Positions 12,981-26,469 are shown, counted from the stretch's first letter. The stretch: DNA of 64,000 bases from Octopus bimaculoides (GCF_001194135.2 NC_069006.1:6152947-6216946), one strand, 5' to 3'. Translations and numbers: made by a program. Notes: generated from the sequence alone by a model not told the origin.

Positions 12981-13310
12981 ACCATATGAAGAATTCTTAT
13001 ATTAACATCCAAATCCTGCCTCACTTATGAGAGCAGTAGGTGAATTGTAAGTAAAAATACATTTAAAAAATCTAAATAATTTGATTTCATTTGCTAATGG
13101 ATATTTGGTGGAGTTTTGATATACAAAAAAGCAATAATACAATTAAGAACTAAAATGAGGCAGGATAAAAATAGGGATCTCATTAAGACTGATGGTTCTC
13201 TGTTTTATAATCTCTCTGTTATTTCTTCAAAAATTTTCAACCATACACATCCTTCTCTGGAAGTTGATACTTTCACTGATATTAACAAAATATACAATCA
13301 GTAACATATA

Positions 13311-13660
13311 GGTACAGGTGTGGCTGTGTGGTAAGAAGTTTGCTTCCCAACCACATGGTTGTGGGTTCAGTTCCACTCCATGGCATCTTGGAGAAGTGTC
13401 TCTTACTATAACCCCGAGCTGATCAAAGCCTTGTGAGTGGATTTGGTAGATAGAAATTGAAATAAGTCTGTAGTGTATGTATGTATGTGCCTCACCATTG
13501 TTTCACAACTGGTGTCAGTTTGTTTATGTCCCTGTAATTTAATGGCTCAACAAAAGGGACAGATAGAATAAGTATCAGGCTTTAAAAACCTAAGTCCTGG
13601 GATCAATTCAAACCAGTGCCCCAGCATGGCCACAATCAAATGACTGAAACAGTAAAGAGT
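13311..13660 (+). mobile_element. SINE family B (tRNA-derived head, internal GT microsatellite)
   Basis: GGTGTGGCTGTGTGGTAAGAAG (A-box-like), GGGTTCAGTTCC (B-box-like), GGCATCTTGGAGAAGTGTC, ending CCAGCATGGCCACAATCAAATGACTGAAAC. Confidence 0.8.
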
Positions 13661-13917
13661 AAAAACTAACCACAATAAACATACTAAGGTGTCAGGGGGT
13701 TGAATGCATTTACTTTTTAATAACTAACATTTGATATTTTTTCTTTTCTCTTTCTTTCCCAGTAGGTACAATTTTTCTAGTTAAAATTGGTAAACTTTCC
13801 AATTTAGAAAGAAAATAAGTAAACATAATTATAGTTAAACTTGAGTAATTTCGATCTAACATTTATAACTAGCAATTACTTATTGGAAAAGGAAATTTTC
13901 ATTTAGCCTCCAGGTAC

Positions 13918-13958
<41 letters not shown>

Positions 13959-14271
13959 CTGTGTGTGTGAAATAGAGAGAGACTGTGTTGATATGGGAAT
14001 GAGTGTAAAGTTTGGAAATGACTATTTATTTGTGAAAAAGCATATACATATATACAGGGACCTCCATGTATGTGTGTGTGAATCTATATGTTGGTGTAGA
14101 CAATCAATTTATAACAAAAATCTGAAAATACAGACACTCTACGAAACATCTAATTACGATATCTATATTCTATAAAGTGAGACGTCCATAAAAGAATTTG
14201 TGAAGACCAAACCTCTAATCTGAAGTTAGACTCAATGTTACAATATCTTTAATACCTGATAGTGTTTGTGG

Positions 14272-14575
14272 ATGTGTACTCTAATATCATATGTGTACTG
14301 TAGTGTTGTATGTATGCCATAATATTGAATGTGTACTCTGGTATTGTACACGTACTCTATTATTGTAATTTCACTTTAATATTGTATATGTACTCTAGTA
14401 TTGTATGTGTACTCTAATATAGGATATGTACTTTATCATTGCAATTGCACTTTAATATTGAATACGTACTCTAGCATTGTAGGTGTACTACCAAACTGCC
14501 TGTATACTCTAATGCATATATTTACTCCATCATTGAACACGCACTCTAATAGTATGTGTACTCTAATATTGTAAT
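14272..14575. repeat. Degenerate minisatellite, unit about 19-20 bp (ATGTGTACTCTAATATTGT)
   Basis: About 15 diverged units, each retaining a GT(A/G)CACTCT or GTACTCT core. Confidence 0.85.
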
Positions 14576-15189
14576 ATAACTGAGTGTTCTCCCCCCACCC
14601 CGCTTTCATCATTAACTCTTCTTGTGGCAGTCCAAGAATGAAAGACACACCTAAACTTACACTCATTTAGAAATAACCATCTCTTGTCTCTTGCCTCTCT
14701 ATGCTCTTGGACATAAACGTTTCCTGATTATCAAGAAACAGATGCAAGTCTTTTGCAGAACCCCCTTCCTCCCCTCCCACCCAAATCAAACTTCTAATTT
14801 ACATGACAATGGCTGTCAAATAAGTACTTTAGCTTTAAATGAATTCTACCTGTCTGCAATTGTTCTTCATCCTTTCTTTCTTTCCTTCTTTCTTTCTTTC
14901 CTTCTTTCTTTCTTTCCTTCTTTCTTTCTTTCCTTCTTTCTTTCATTCTCTCCCTCATGAGACTAAACTGCATTACCAATACTTCCAGGTGGGAGAGGGG
15001 CATCTAAAAACTTTTTTGCATTTTCCCTCCTTTTCTCTCTTCAAAGCTTTTTTCCCCATTAAAAAGGAAGCTTGGTCAATCATATTCCTCATTTTATTAT
15101 TATTTTTTTAATATTATTATTACTTTATATTATTATCATTTTACACTATTATTACTATTATTTTATATTATTATTACTTTATATCATCA

Positions 15190-15245
<56 letters not shown>

Positions 15246-15324
15246 TTATATCATTATTATTATTATTATTTTATATCATCATCATCATCATTATTATTAT
15301 TATTATTATTATGATTATTTTATA

Positions 15325-15365
<41 letters not shown>

Positions 15366-16039
15366 AAAAATGGATAATGAAAATGGTTGTGAGAACCACA
15401 GAAGACAAGATAAGCTCTTGGCAAATTAGAATTGAGAGAGATGTTCTCCCAACAGGATAACCACATTATCAATTCTCTCACAGACCGCTCTAAATTAAAA
15501 GATTGTACTAAGCGTCAGATATATTTCTTTGATAGGTTAGGTGAGATGAATTTCTTGGCAGTCTTTTAACACAGGCAGTCTTTTTTGATGTTAGAATTTT
15601 TGAAATGGATTCCTGTCAAGTCTCGTTTGAGAAATCTGCTCCTTGTTTTGATGTCGACACTAGTTCCATTTACACAAAAATTGAAGACTCTGATGAAAGT
15701 ACTTTCAATGAAGAATGGTGAAATCTGTGTCACTAAGACAGTGTTTATAGAACGGGGTTTATCGGAATACTTCAGAGCAGAAGTCAAATGTGTTTTTTTT
15801 TTCTTATATGGAAAGTAAATATAGACAGACTTGACTTTGATATATGGCAAGTAGGGAAGCTCTCATGTTCTGTTAATGTCCAGTGAAAAATGATATTGGG
15901 TGGACATACGTGTAAAAAAAAAAAACGTTCTACAGAGGGGATGGGTGTGAGGTTAAATATGAAATGAACAGAGGCAGCTGATTTTAAACGAATCACATGA
16001 TTATAGCATCTGATTAAAGAATGATAATGAGAAAGAAAG

Positions 16040-16378
16040 AGGAGAGAGATGAGAGAGAGAGGACGAAAGAGAGAGGGTGAGAGAGAGAGGACGAAAGAGA
16101 GAGGGTGAGAGAGAGAGGGCGAAAGAGAGAGGGTGAGAGAGAGAGGACGAAAGAGAGAGGGTGAGAGAGAGAGGACGAAAGAGAGAGGGTGAGAGAGAGA
16201 GGACGAAAGAGAGAGGGTNNNNNNNNNNNNNNNNNNNNNNNNNNNNNNNNNNNNNNNNNNNNNNNNNNNNNNNNNNNNNNNNNNNNATGAGAGAGAGAGG
16301 ACGAAAGAGAGAGGGTGAGAGAGAGAGGACGAAAGAGAGAGGGTGAGAGAGAGGATGAAAGAGAGAGGGTGAGAGAGA
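16040..16378. repeat. 26-bp purine-rich tandem repeat (GAGAGAGAGGACGAAAGAGAGAGGGT) spanning a gap
   Basis: Near-identical head-to-tail units with no spacers on both sides of an N run. Confidence 0.9.
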
Positions 16379-16540
16379 GAAAATGAGATATTTTTTTCTA
16401 TAATATTCACTTGAGTTATAAAAGTTAATAAACATTCCTTGAAATGTTAGTGGTGTTGGAGGTGATGATGATGATGTGTAAAGGTGATGATGATAATGAT
16501 GATACCACTGTTGATAACAAAGATGATAAAGGTGAAACTA

Positions 16541-16607
<67 letters not shown>

Positions 16608-17029
16608 ATAAAACATCAAAGAATTGTTGCTAACTTTCAGACTTCACAAAACTGTTATCACTGGATCAGGTACATCAATTTTGTTAAAGTGATTGAACTA
16701 AAAAGTTGTAATTTGATTTCAAATAAATTGTGTAATTGTCATTAAGCTTAATGTTATTAGGCCTGTGTCCGGTGCATAGTGTCATGTCAACTGATATTTC
16801 AAATAAAGCTTTTAACAGATTTTACAGCTAAAAGGTACCGAAATACTGGTCTACACACATTCACTAATCTAAGTCCTTGCCTAGCAACAGAATGTGAAAT
16901 GTAATTAGTTATGTTCTATATTTTTAATTAATCCTTAAAGATCTCAAGTAGCCAGCAATGTTTTATCAGCTTTAATTGGCAAAACCAACAACAGGGTTTT
17001 CCCCTATCAATAATGTTGTTTAAAACAAA

Positions 17030-17185
17030 AAGTGGCTATGTGGTAAGCAGTTTGCTTCTCAACCACATGGTTCTGGGTTCAGTTCCACTGCATGGCATCT
17101 TGGGCAAGTGTTCTCTACTATAGCTTCGGGCCAACCAAAGTCTTGACAGTGGATTTGGTAGATGGAAACTGAAAGAAGCCTGTTG

Positions 17186-17229
<44 letters not shown>

Positions 17230-17448
17230 TGTTTATGTGTCATTGTGTCTGTGCTTGTCCTACACCACCACTTGACAACTGGTGTTGGTGTGTTTATGCC
17301 CCCCATAACTTAGCAGTTTGAGAAAATGGCCCAATAGAATAATGATCAAGCTTAAGAAAAAAAAAAAAACAAGTCCTGGGGTTGACTAAATTTCCTTAAG
17401 GTGGTGCCCCAGCATGGCCACAGTCTCATGATAGAATCAAGTAAAAGA
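17030..17448 (+). mobile_element. SINE family B
   Basis: Same head, GGCATCTTGGGCAAGTGT core, (GT)n and CCAGCATGGCCACAGTC end. Confidence 0.85.
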
Positions 17449-19871
17449 TAATGCTTTAAAACCTCAACTAGCCACTGATGTTCTATCAGCTTTTATTGGC
17501 AATACCGACAACAAGGCCTTTCCCTATCACTAATCTCACTCACCCCTAAGGGTCATTGAAGGTTTATATGCAATATTTAGGTATTAGGGACTATGGCAAA
17601 CATCAGGGGTTGTTTTTTTTATCCATTTAAAACAAACAACTCTGACAGAATCGCACTTTAAACGATTTAGACATTTATTGGTTTCAATTATTGGACTGCA
17701 GCCATGATAGGGGATGGCTTTCAAGGGGTTTAGTTGATCACACCAACCTCAGAGCTTAGTTTATTCTTAGATAAAGCACCAGTGCTGGTGCCACATAAGA
17801 GGCACTCAGAAAACTCTGCAAAGTGGTTGATGTTAGGAAGGGCATCCAGCTGTAGAAACCATGCTGAAACAGGCAGTTGGAGCCTGGTGCAGCTCTTCAG
17901 CTTGCCAGCTCTTGTCAAACTGTCCAACCCATGCCAGCATGGAAAGCAGATGTTAAATGATGACGATGATGATGATTTGTTTTATTAGTATTTGCTGAAC
18001 ACCTAAGCTGCAAGGCATAAGCAACAGCGCTATTTTTCTAGGGTAAACTTTATCATAGACGGGGACACTGATGCCCCCCCCCCTCCACACACATACACAC
18101 ATATCTGTCTACATATGTACCTAAGGGTTGGCATACATCTTTGTCTAGCAATCCCACTCACAAAGTATAAGTCAATACAAGGTTATAGATGAAGACACTT
18201 ATCCGAGGTACTGTGCAGTGAGATTGAACCAGGAATGACTTGGTTGCAAGGCAAATGTCTAAACAACACAAGGGTGTGTTACAGAACTGAACTCCTGAAA
18301 AACTGAGCCAATGAAAGAACCTCTTTGTAGGTACTCAACCTGCAAGAATTAGCAACCAAGTCCACTTCAGGTTTTATTCTTTTGTCTTTTTCCATCACAG
18401 GATGCTCTCTTTTGCTTTGCAAACTATGAAACAATCCCAAACATTGCTGCTGCTACAAAAAGGCAGCCAGCACTATAAGTATTTGGGATTTGATCTAAAC
18501 ACTGACAATTTAGAGCTTGAGAGGCTGTTTTAGTGTTGCTGATGACAAGGTAACTTCTATAGTGCTGGTGTCATAGAAGATGCATCCAGTATACTCTGTA
18601 AAGCAGTTGCTGTTAGAGAGGCTATCCAACTGCAGCAGGAAGTATGCAAAAAAAAGATACATAAAAGACATGGTCCTCCAAGCTATTGAATCATCTCAAA
18701 CTGTCTGACCCATACCAGCATGGCAAGTGGATGTAAGGTAAATGAACAAATGAATGAATGAATGAACAATGATGATGATGATGGTGAATGATGTCTGAAC
18801 TAATTCTAATCAAAGCTAACCTGGAGCCACACAACAACATAAAGCTAATGGCAGTAAATTGTGCTGCAAATTTTACCATTTTTCTGTTACTTCTAAAATT
18901 AATTTCTTTTTGACAGAGATGTTTGAAGACTTATTCACAAGAATTATTTCTATGTTAAACTTACAATAAGAACACTTGACAACATTTACACCTGACAACA
19001 CCCAACTTTTACCAATAATTGTTCAATATTTGGAAACACAATTTCTTTTTTTTCTTTTTTTATTTTTCAATAATGAAAATTCCACTTGTGAGAAAGACTT
19101 GACACAAACACCTGAAGGAAAGGAGGTAATGGGACATGCCAGACTTTTTGTTTTTGTTCAGACGAATTTTGATGAAGATGTAACAATTCCAGCTCCCTAC
19201 TCCCCCCTGCAGCAGCAAACAGTTGCTAAGATTTGCTGTTTCAGATGTCTCACTTCTTTTCTCTACATTTTAATATTTTCCTCACATGCCTGAATCTCTT
19301 CCCAGAATAAAACAATAGCAGGACGGCTGCAAGTCGTGAAGATGCAATATAAAACTGCATTTATTAGGAAATTAATGTTCAACTATTCCAGTTCCACCAC
19401 TAACCCCTGCGTCAACTTTGTGTTTCAATAACTAATCAGAGGTTGAAGGTGTATATGTACATTTATCTACCTATCTATCTATATATAAATACACACACAC
19501 ACACACACACACACAACCCTTAAATTGAGGTTATTATTTTAAAGTTAGTTTAAGAATAACATCAGAACATTTACTAACAGAGAGACTCAATACTGTGAGT
19601 AGAGTTATATACAGTGTAAACTACTACTACTACTGCTACTACTACTACTACTACTGCTACTACTACTACTACTTCTTCTTATGATGATGATGATAATTTC
19701 AAATTTTGGCACAAGGCCAGCAAGTTTGTGGGAGGAGGAAAGTCAATTCATCCGAAAGGATGAAAAGCAAATTCAACCTTGGCGGAATTTGAACTGAAAC
19801 TAAAAATAGCATTTCATCTGTCGAAGCATTTTGCCCTGCCTGGTAACAATTTTGCCAACTCACTGTCTTAC

Positions 19872-19913
<42 letters not shown>

Positions 19914-20516
19914 CAACAACAATGATGATAATAGTCCTTTCTATTGAAGGTACAAGACCTGAAATTTTGGGGGAGGAGACTATTCAATTACATGAGTTTA
20001 TGAGTCTGCCAACTCAATGCTGTAACAATAATAATAGTCATCTTTACCTCAGAGTTTTGGGGATGTGGGGAAGTCAGTTATATTGACCCTAGTCTTAATT
20101 GAGAATGAGTAAAGTTAAAGCTGACCTTATCTGATGTATGTGTTTCTAGGTTTGTTGTTGATGGGAAACTATTATTTGAGCACAAATGTCTCAGAGATCA
20201 TTCTTTTTTTTTTTTTTGTAAGCAGAATCTTTAAATAAATTAATGTATGTCTAAAAATAAAAAGATTAAAAATTATTGTATTTCATCTGTTTCATTAACT
20301 TGAATATTTTCCAACCATAAAAACAAGCAAATAGCAGATTAAACAGATCAGATCTAAAAAAAAAAAAAAAAAAAAAAAAAATGAAAAATTGCAAAAATAA
20401 AAATATCAGGGAAAACCTCGAGTTTCATAACTATAAATGAAAATTTAGTCAAAAATAAAAAGATAGGAAAGAAATTGCTATCATTTTTGAAAGCATAGCT
20501 ATAACTGTTACCATTA

Positions 20517-20559
<43 letters not shown>

Positions 20560-20563
<4 letters not shown>

Positions 20564-20790
20564 AGACAGTGAGCTGGCAGATTTGTTAGCATGCCAGGTG
20601 AAATGTTTAGTGGTATTTTGTCTGAGTTCAAATTCTGCCGAGGTCAACTTTGCCTTTCATCCTTTTGGGTTAATAAATTAAGTACCAGTCAAGTACTGGG
20701 GTCGATGTGATTGACTGTCCCCCTCCCCACAAAAATCCAGGCCTTGTGTCTATAGTAGAAAGGATTATTATCAATAATATTAATATGCTA
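20560..20790 (+). mobile_element. SINE-A copy
   Basis: AGTGAGCTGGCAGATTTGTTAGCATGCCAGG...GAGTTCAAATTCTGCCGAGGTCAACTTTGCCTTTCATCC, preceded by (ATT)n. Confidence 0.85.
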
Positions 20791-22139
20791 ACTTGTTTTT
20801 GTATGTACCTGATGTGTGTATCACACTTACTTTAAAGAAGTGGCAAAGTGAGAGAGCAGCACTCAGCTGATGTCTAAAAAATATCTTTATTGACCAATGA
20901 GAATAGCTACATTAACCCTTTCACAAACCCCATTATCACAGTCACATGATCAAAGACGTCCCTGCCATGACCTTCCATCATTTTGCCTATCTTAGAGTAT
21001 ATCATCTAAAGTGTCTTTACTGGCAAAAATATCTGAGTGTAATCAGAGTGAAATTTTGTTATTATTTCTAGCAGGTTGAATGACCATGCAAAGGTCCTGA
21101 CATTGATTCTTTGTTTTTTATTAATTCATTTGGGGGAGAAAGAGTGAAACCTGTGTAAAGAGAGAGAGAGAGAAAGATCTATTAAGTTACAATACTGATT
21201 TAAAATTTTGTAGAACAAAGCCTGTAATTTCGAGGGAGGCAAGGTAAGTTGAATACATTGACGCTGGTGTTTAACTAGTCTTATTTTATCAACCCTGAAA
21301 GGGATGAAACATAAGGTGGACCTTGGTGGAATTTGAACCTAGAGCATACAAATGGACGAAATGCCACTAAGCATTTTGCTCAGTGTGGTTACAATTCTGC
21401 CAGCTTGTTGCCTTACATTTAGTTACAACACTGATGCATCTCAAGTAACAGTTTAACAGTTGCAGCAAGTTCCCACAACCCTTTTTTTATATTGAGGGGA
21501 GCTGATCCACATTCAGCTTTATGCTGTGACTCTGTAATAAGTTTGAACCCCTGAAGCCCCACCTTAATTAGTGGTTCAATACTGTATTTATTTGGTTGTT
21601 TTTTTAGTTTGAGATGAGTCAATCAAGAGAAAGAGAAATCAAATTGAAAAAATGTGAAGAAACAGGAAAATAGCTGTGATATTTGTGAAATGACAAACAA
21701 AAGAGAAATGGATAAAAATAAACGAAATGAATAAATAGTAAAAAAAAGAAAATGTACATGGATGACATTAAAGACAACATCAAGATGATGAACAACAGAA
21801 ACAATGAGGAAATTGCTTCCATATTCAGCTTTAGTGCAAGATGCAATGGTGTACCCTTCTGTGCTCTGACGTTTTATTTCAGTTTCCTACTTTACTTCAA
21901 GAAGATGTTTGTAATCTTCAACATAAATGGTGTCAAGTTCAGTTAAAGAAATAAAACAAGAAAAAAAATCACATTTATACAGTGAACGGGTGTCTATGAA
22001 TTTTACAACAAAATCACTCACTGCTTTATTGTACATACACACACACACACACAGTGGGAGATTTGGTTGCTACTTCTAGCAAATTGCATGACTCCCTGTT
22101 TGAATGATAGTAGTGACTGATATCAGTGATTCTGGTTTG

Positions 22140-22639
22140 CTCCAACAACTGAAACAGTCGACCCTTAGACCACACTAGACCCTATAAGACAGGAGAGGGT
22201 CAGCCATGGGGATTCCACCAGCACCTAGATCAGTGGTTCTCAACCAAATATTAACTCATGGACCTCTTTTGATACCCATTTTACTGAACTGGGCCCTCCT
22301 ACCCATTTGATGCTTTAAAAAATTCTATTATATTTTTATAATTAAATATTAGAAACAATTGTATGAAAAAATTGTTATAATATTTTGTGCTCCAACAACT
22401 GAAGCAGTCGACCCTTAGACCACACTAGACCCTATAAGACAGGAGAGGGTCAGCCATGGGGATTCCACCAGCACCTAGATCAGTGGTTCTCAACCAAATA
22501 TTAACTCATGGACCTCTTTTGATACCCATTTTACTGAACTGGGCCCTCCTACCCATTTGATGCTTAAAAAAATCCTATTATATTTTTATAATTAAATATT
22601 AGAAGCAATTGTATGAAAAAATTGTTATAATATTTTGTG
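22140..22639. repeat. 250-bp direct tandem duplication (two near-identical copies)
   Basis: 22140-22389 is repeated at 22390-22639 with only a few differences. Confidence 0.95.
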
Positions 22640-23130
22640 TCATCATCGGATGTTTTATTGTGTGTCCAACAATTTACTTGGTTTCTTCTTGACCACTTCT
22701 TCCCCTCTGTCCATGTTTATGCCTCTGAAGACTAATGAGGCCGATTCTTGCATGGTAGAGTCTGTTGCAAAGTTCACACGGGATCCGTGGTGGAGGCTTT
22801 GCTTGTTGCAGCCTCCATTCTCTTTCTTGTCGTTTCTCTTCCTCTTTCCTCTGTTGCTCAGCTTCAAAACGATTTGTCACAGTGGAGATGGAATGATGCC
22901 AGCCAGGCCAGTCCTGAGCTTCAATATCCTAAGCTTTGGGATCGATTCCAGTCAATTTTAGGCTTTGCTTCAGCTGATCCTTGTATCCACAGAGGGGATG
23001 GCCACAGAGTCTTTTTCCAAATAAAATTTGTGTATAGTACAGATATAACCAATCTATTTGAGATAAATTTTAACAACAAAATCTTATATGGACCCCCAAG
23101 GGTGATATAGACCCATGTTGAGAACTACTG
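22481..23130. mobile_element. hAT MITE of the same family interrupted by an RTE LINE fragment
   Basis: Starts CAGTGGTTCTCAACC, ends GTTGAGAACTACTG; colinear with 26216-26469 once 22640-23021 is removed. Confidence 0.8.
22640..23021 (-). mobile_element. 5'-truncated RTE-clade LINE 3' end (C-terminal zinc-finger region)
   Basis: Minus strand encodes ...EAEQQRKEEEKRQEREWR...IPCELCNRLYHARIGLISLQRHKH, the CxxC...RIGLxSH motif of RTE/BovB-like ORF ends. It has a (GAT)n tail and a decayed TSD (taatattttgtg / taaaatttgtg). Confidence 0.8.
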
Positions 23131-23589
23131 ACCTCAAGACCATAAGTGTGATGGTGGGTTTCAACCATCAACCATGAAGTAACCATAAAATAAATTATTT
23201 TTCTAATAAATTCAAACTACAAATCAAAATAAACACTTTATCTAAATCATTTAATAATACAGAAAACTGGTTAACTTCTCTTTAAATTTAAATTCATTTC
23301 ATGAAGCATCAGCATATTTGTCACATGGCTGTGACCTGATCATTAAAATGGTTCCACTATACTAGAAATGGTGTCACAATTATGATCTGTCCTTGATACA
23401 AACACAGTGGAATGGCATCAGTGACCAGGTTGTAAATGTGCAAATGAAAATGTTGACAGCTTTTGAAATAAATTTAAATTAAATTTAACAACTTCATGTG
23501 TAATTAAATGGTTCTTTTTTGATGAAGTAGCTTCAGTTTCAGCACAAAATCACAGACCAGGCCTGAATCTCCATCAATTATGATGAAGA

Positions 23590-23878
23590 GTGTTCCAGTT
23601 GATTCAATCACCAGCTTATGAAATGCTTGTGCATGTGACTGAGTACTCCACAGACACACGTACCCTTAATGTTGTTCCCAGGGTAATTCAGCACGACACA
23701 GAATGTGACAAGGCTGGCCCCATTGAATTACAGGTACAACTCATTTTTGCCAGCTGAATGGACTGGAGCAATGTGAAATAAAGTGTCTTGCTTAAGGACA
23801 CGATATGCCACCAGGAATCGAACTCATGGCTTTATGATTGTGAGCTGAATAGCCAAGGCACTAAGCCACATGTCTTTG
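23590..23878 (-). mobile_element. SINE family C
   Basis: Colinear with 8262-8559. Confidence 0.8.
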
Positions 23879-24648
23879 CCCGAATACCCTGATCAAATCA
23901 GTCACTGGATGATTACAACTCTAAAAGAATAAACCTTGTTTTTGACATCCTTAGAAACTTCCCCAAAGCCAGCCTTTGACTTTCTTTCCAAAAGGGGTTT
24001 TAACCCAATATTTACACCTGGTTATTTCAATAGCTTTATTTGCTTTGAGTTCACCATTCCTATAAACATTGTTTTATTTATTATGTCCAAAGGGTGAACA
24101 ATGAGGAGGGAATTTTAGACTGCAAAAGTTGAAAGATCGAGACAGGTATGGGTTAGATGGGTCTTGTGTCAGAAAAACAAATACACATGCACACACACAT
24201 ATATATATATACATACACACACACACACACACATATTTTGTTTTGTTTGAACTTTAAAGAAAGGAAACAATGCTTTTTTTATGATAAAATAAAAAAGATA
24301 TTTAAGAGCAGCAAAATCAAATACAATAAAATAATATCCAGTAAAATGTAAAAATTACATTGAAATATTTTATTCCCCGTGAAATATTTTTTATTTCTAA
24401 TTTAACTCAATGTTTTCAAATAGATTTTATTAACCAAAATTGCTATATATAAATTCCTTTCAATATCTCAAACTCCATCTATTACAGTTTAAAAATCAGC
24501 AAACAGACATTACTGGAAATTGGCCAAACTTTACAACAAACTCAAAACATTTTCACACAATTTCATTTCTATTTCTTTCTTTCTGCCTTCTCTTTCCTTC
24601 CTTCTCATTCTCTTTCTGTCTATATGTTTATTATTATTATTATTGTTA

Positions 24649-24703
<55 letters not shown>

Positions 24704-24704
24704 G

Positions 24705-24930
24705 AAGGCCTTGAGCTGCCAGAATCGGTAGCACACTGGGCAAATGCTTCATGGCATTTTGTCCAAGTTTGACTTCTCGGTTCAAAATCTGCCAAGGTCA
24801 ACTTTGCCTTTCATTATTTGGGGGTGGGGGTTGATAAAATAAGGATCATTTGAGCACTGGGATCGATGGAGTCGACTTACCCCAGCCCTGAAATTGCTGA
24901 GTGTGTACCAAAATTTGAAACCATTATTAT
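24705..24930 (+). mobile_element. SINE-A copy flanked by (ATT)n on both sides
   Basis: GAGCTGCCAGAATCGGTAGCAC head, GGTTCAAAATC B-box, CCAAAATTTGAAACC-(ATT)n tail. Confidence 0.85.
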
Positions 24931-26215
24931 CATTATTGTTATTATTGATATTGTTAGGGTGGAATCAACTACAGCTTCTCCTCGCATTTATGGCCTCGTG
25001 TCTATATCAGGGGTAGAGGAACATCAGTAATAGTGGACAGTTGGACTTGGCCAGTGTTTCTCTTTGGAGAGAGAGAGAGAAAGAGGGGAGGCAATGACCG
25101 AAAGGTGTAGGGAGGGGACAGACAAACTGCCTTTTTTATGCTTATATTTTATTTGTTTGTCATTAAACTACGGCCAAGCTGGGGCACTGTCTTGAAGAAT
25201 TTTTAGTCAAATGAGTTGGAACCAGTACATTTTTTTTTGTAACCTTGGTACTTATTCTATCAGTCTCTTTTCCCAAATTGATAGGGATGAAAACACACCA
25301 ACCCCAGTTGTCAAGAAGTAGTGTGAGGCAAACACAGACACACATTCATTCATATATATATATATATATATATACATATATATACACATATATATTAAAA
25401 TATATTTGTCCCACCCATGCCAGCATGTAAGGTGGATGTTAAANNNNNNNNNNNNNNNNNNNNNNNNNNNNNNNNNNNNNNNNNNNNNNNNNNNNNNNNN
25501 NNNNNNNNNNNNNNNNNNNNNNNNNNNNNNNNNNNNNNNNNNNNNNNNNNNNNNNNNNNNNNNNNNNNNNNNNNNNNNNNNNNNNNNNNNNNNNNNNNNN
25601 NNNNNNNNNNNNNNNNNNNNNNNNNNNNNNNNNNNNNNNNNNNNNNNNNNNNNNNNNNNNNNNNNNNNNNNNNNNNNNNNNNNNNNNNNNNNNNNNNNNN
25701 NNNNNNNNNNNNNNNNNNNNNNNNNNNNNNNNNNNNNNNNNNNNNNNNNNNNNNNTATATATGAGACAGATTTCGTTCAGTTTCCATCTGCCAAATTCAC
25801 TCACAAGACTTTGCCCAACCTGAGGTTATAGCAGATGATACTTGCCCAAGATGCCATGTAATGGGACTGAACCCCATGTGGCTAAAAGGCAAACTTCTTA
25901 CCACACTGCCATGCCCACCTTGTTTAATAAAATGAAAACAGTTTCCAAAATTTGTCAGACAAGAAGAATTACGTGGATGAAAAATCTATTTTGGAATCTC
26001 ATTAATAAGAATGGGAAAGACATCCCACCAAAATTTAATAGATATTTTGGTGGTGGTTCTGGTACTTGTCAGTGGGTGACCCCTAGTCACATTTGGCTAG
26101 GCTTTCTTACATTCTTAGAACAAATATTGCAGGAGTTAATATTACTCTTGTTCCTTCTAGAATGCCTGAAATAAGTACTTGTATTGTTCTCTTTCAGAGT
26201 TAGAAATCATTAGAG

Positions 26216-26469
26216 CAGGGGTTCTCAACCATTTTGTTTTACCTATGGACCCCTTTGATATCTATTTTCCTTGGGTGGGTCCCCATAGCTATTCAATGCT
26301 TAAAAAGAATCCTATTATATTTTTATAATTAAATATTATTAAGATTTGTATAAAAAGAAAGTTGCTTTGTGTATTGTAGAAGTCTAACGAGTTTATTGGA
26401 GAAAAACTTTAAGAACAAAATCTTATATGGGGCTCCAAGGATCATGTGGGTCCTAGTTGAGGACCACTG
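26216..26469. mobile_element. hAT (Charlie-like) MITE, same family, with perfect 8-bp TSD
   Basis: Termini CAGGGGTTCTCAACC and GTTGAGGACCACTG; TSD CATTAGAG at 26208-26215 and 26470-26477. Confidence 0.85.

Noticed and set aside
16040-16378. Regular 26-bp repeats (and the 41-bp array at 57177) as CRISPR-like arrays
   Set aside because: Head-to-tail units with no unique spacers, eukaryotic context and no cas genes.
20831-20873. 43-nt segment with AG and gtaagt boundaries on the minus strand
   Set aside because: Non-triplet length, in-frame stop and short pyrimidine tract. It shows that chance pseudo-exons occur in this intron, which tempers the microexon calls.
21752-21946. Plus-strand ORF containing NNEEIASIFSF, resembling the CG-1 motif WNTNEEIA(S/A)ILISF
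   Set aside because: Wrong strand for the gene, the flanking conserved residues (RW before, H and W after) are absent, and the match is only about 7 residues in AT-rich DNA. A tblastn with the species' own CAMTA would settle whether it is an inverted retro-fragment.
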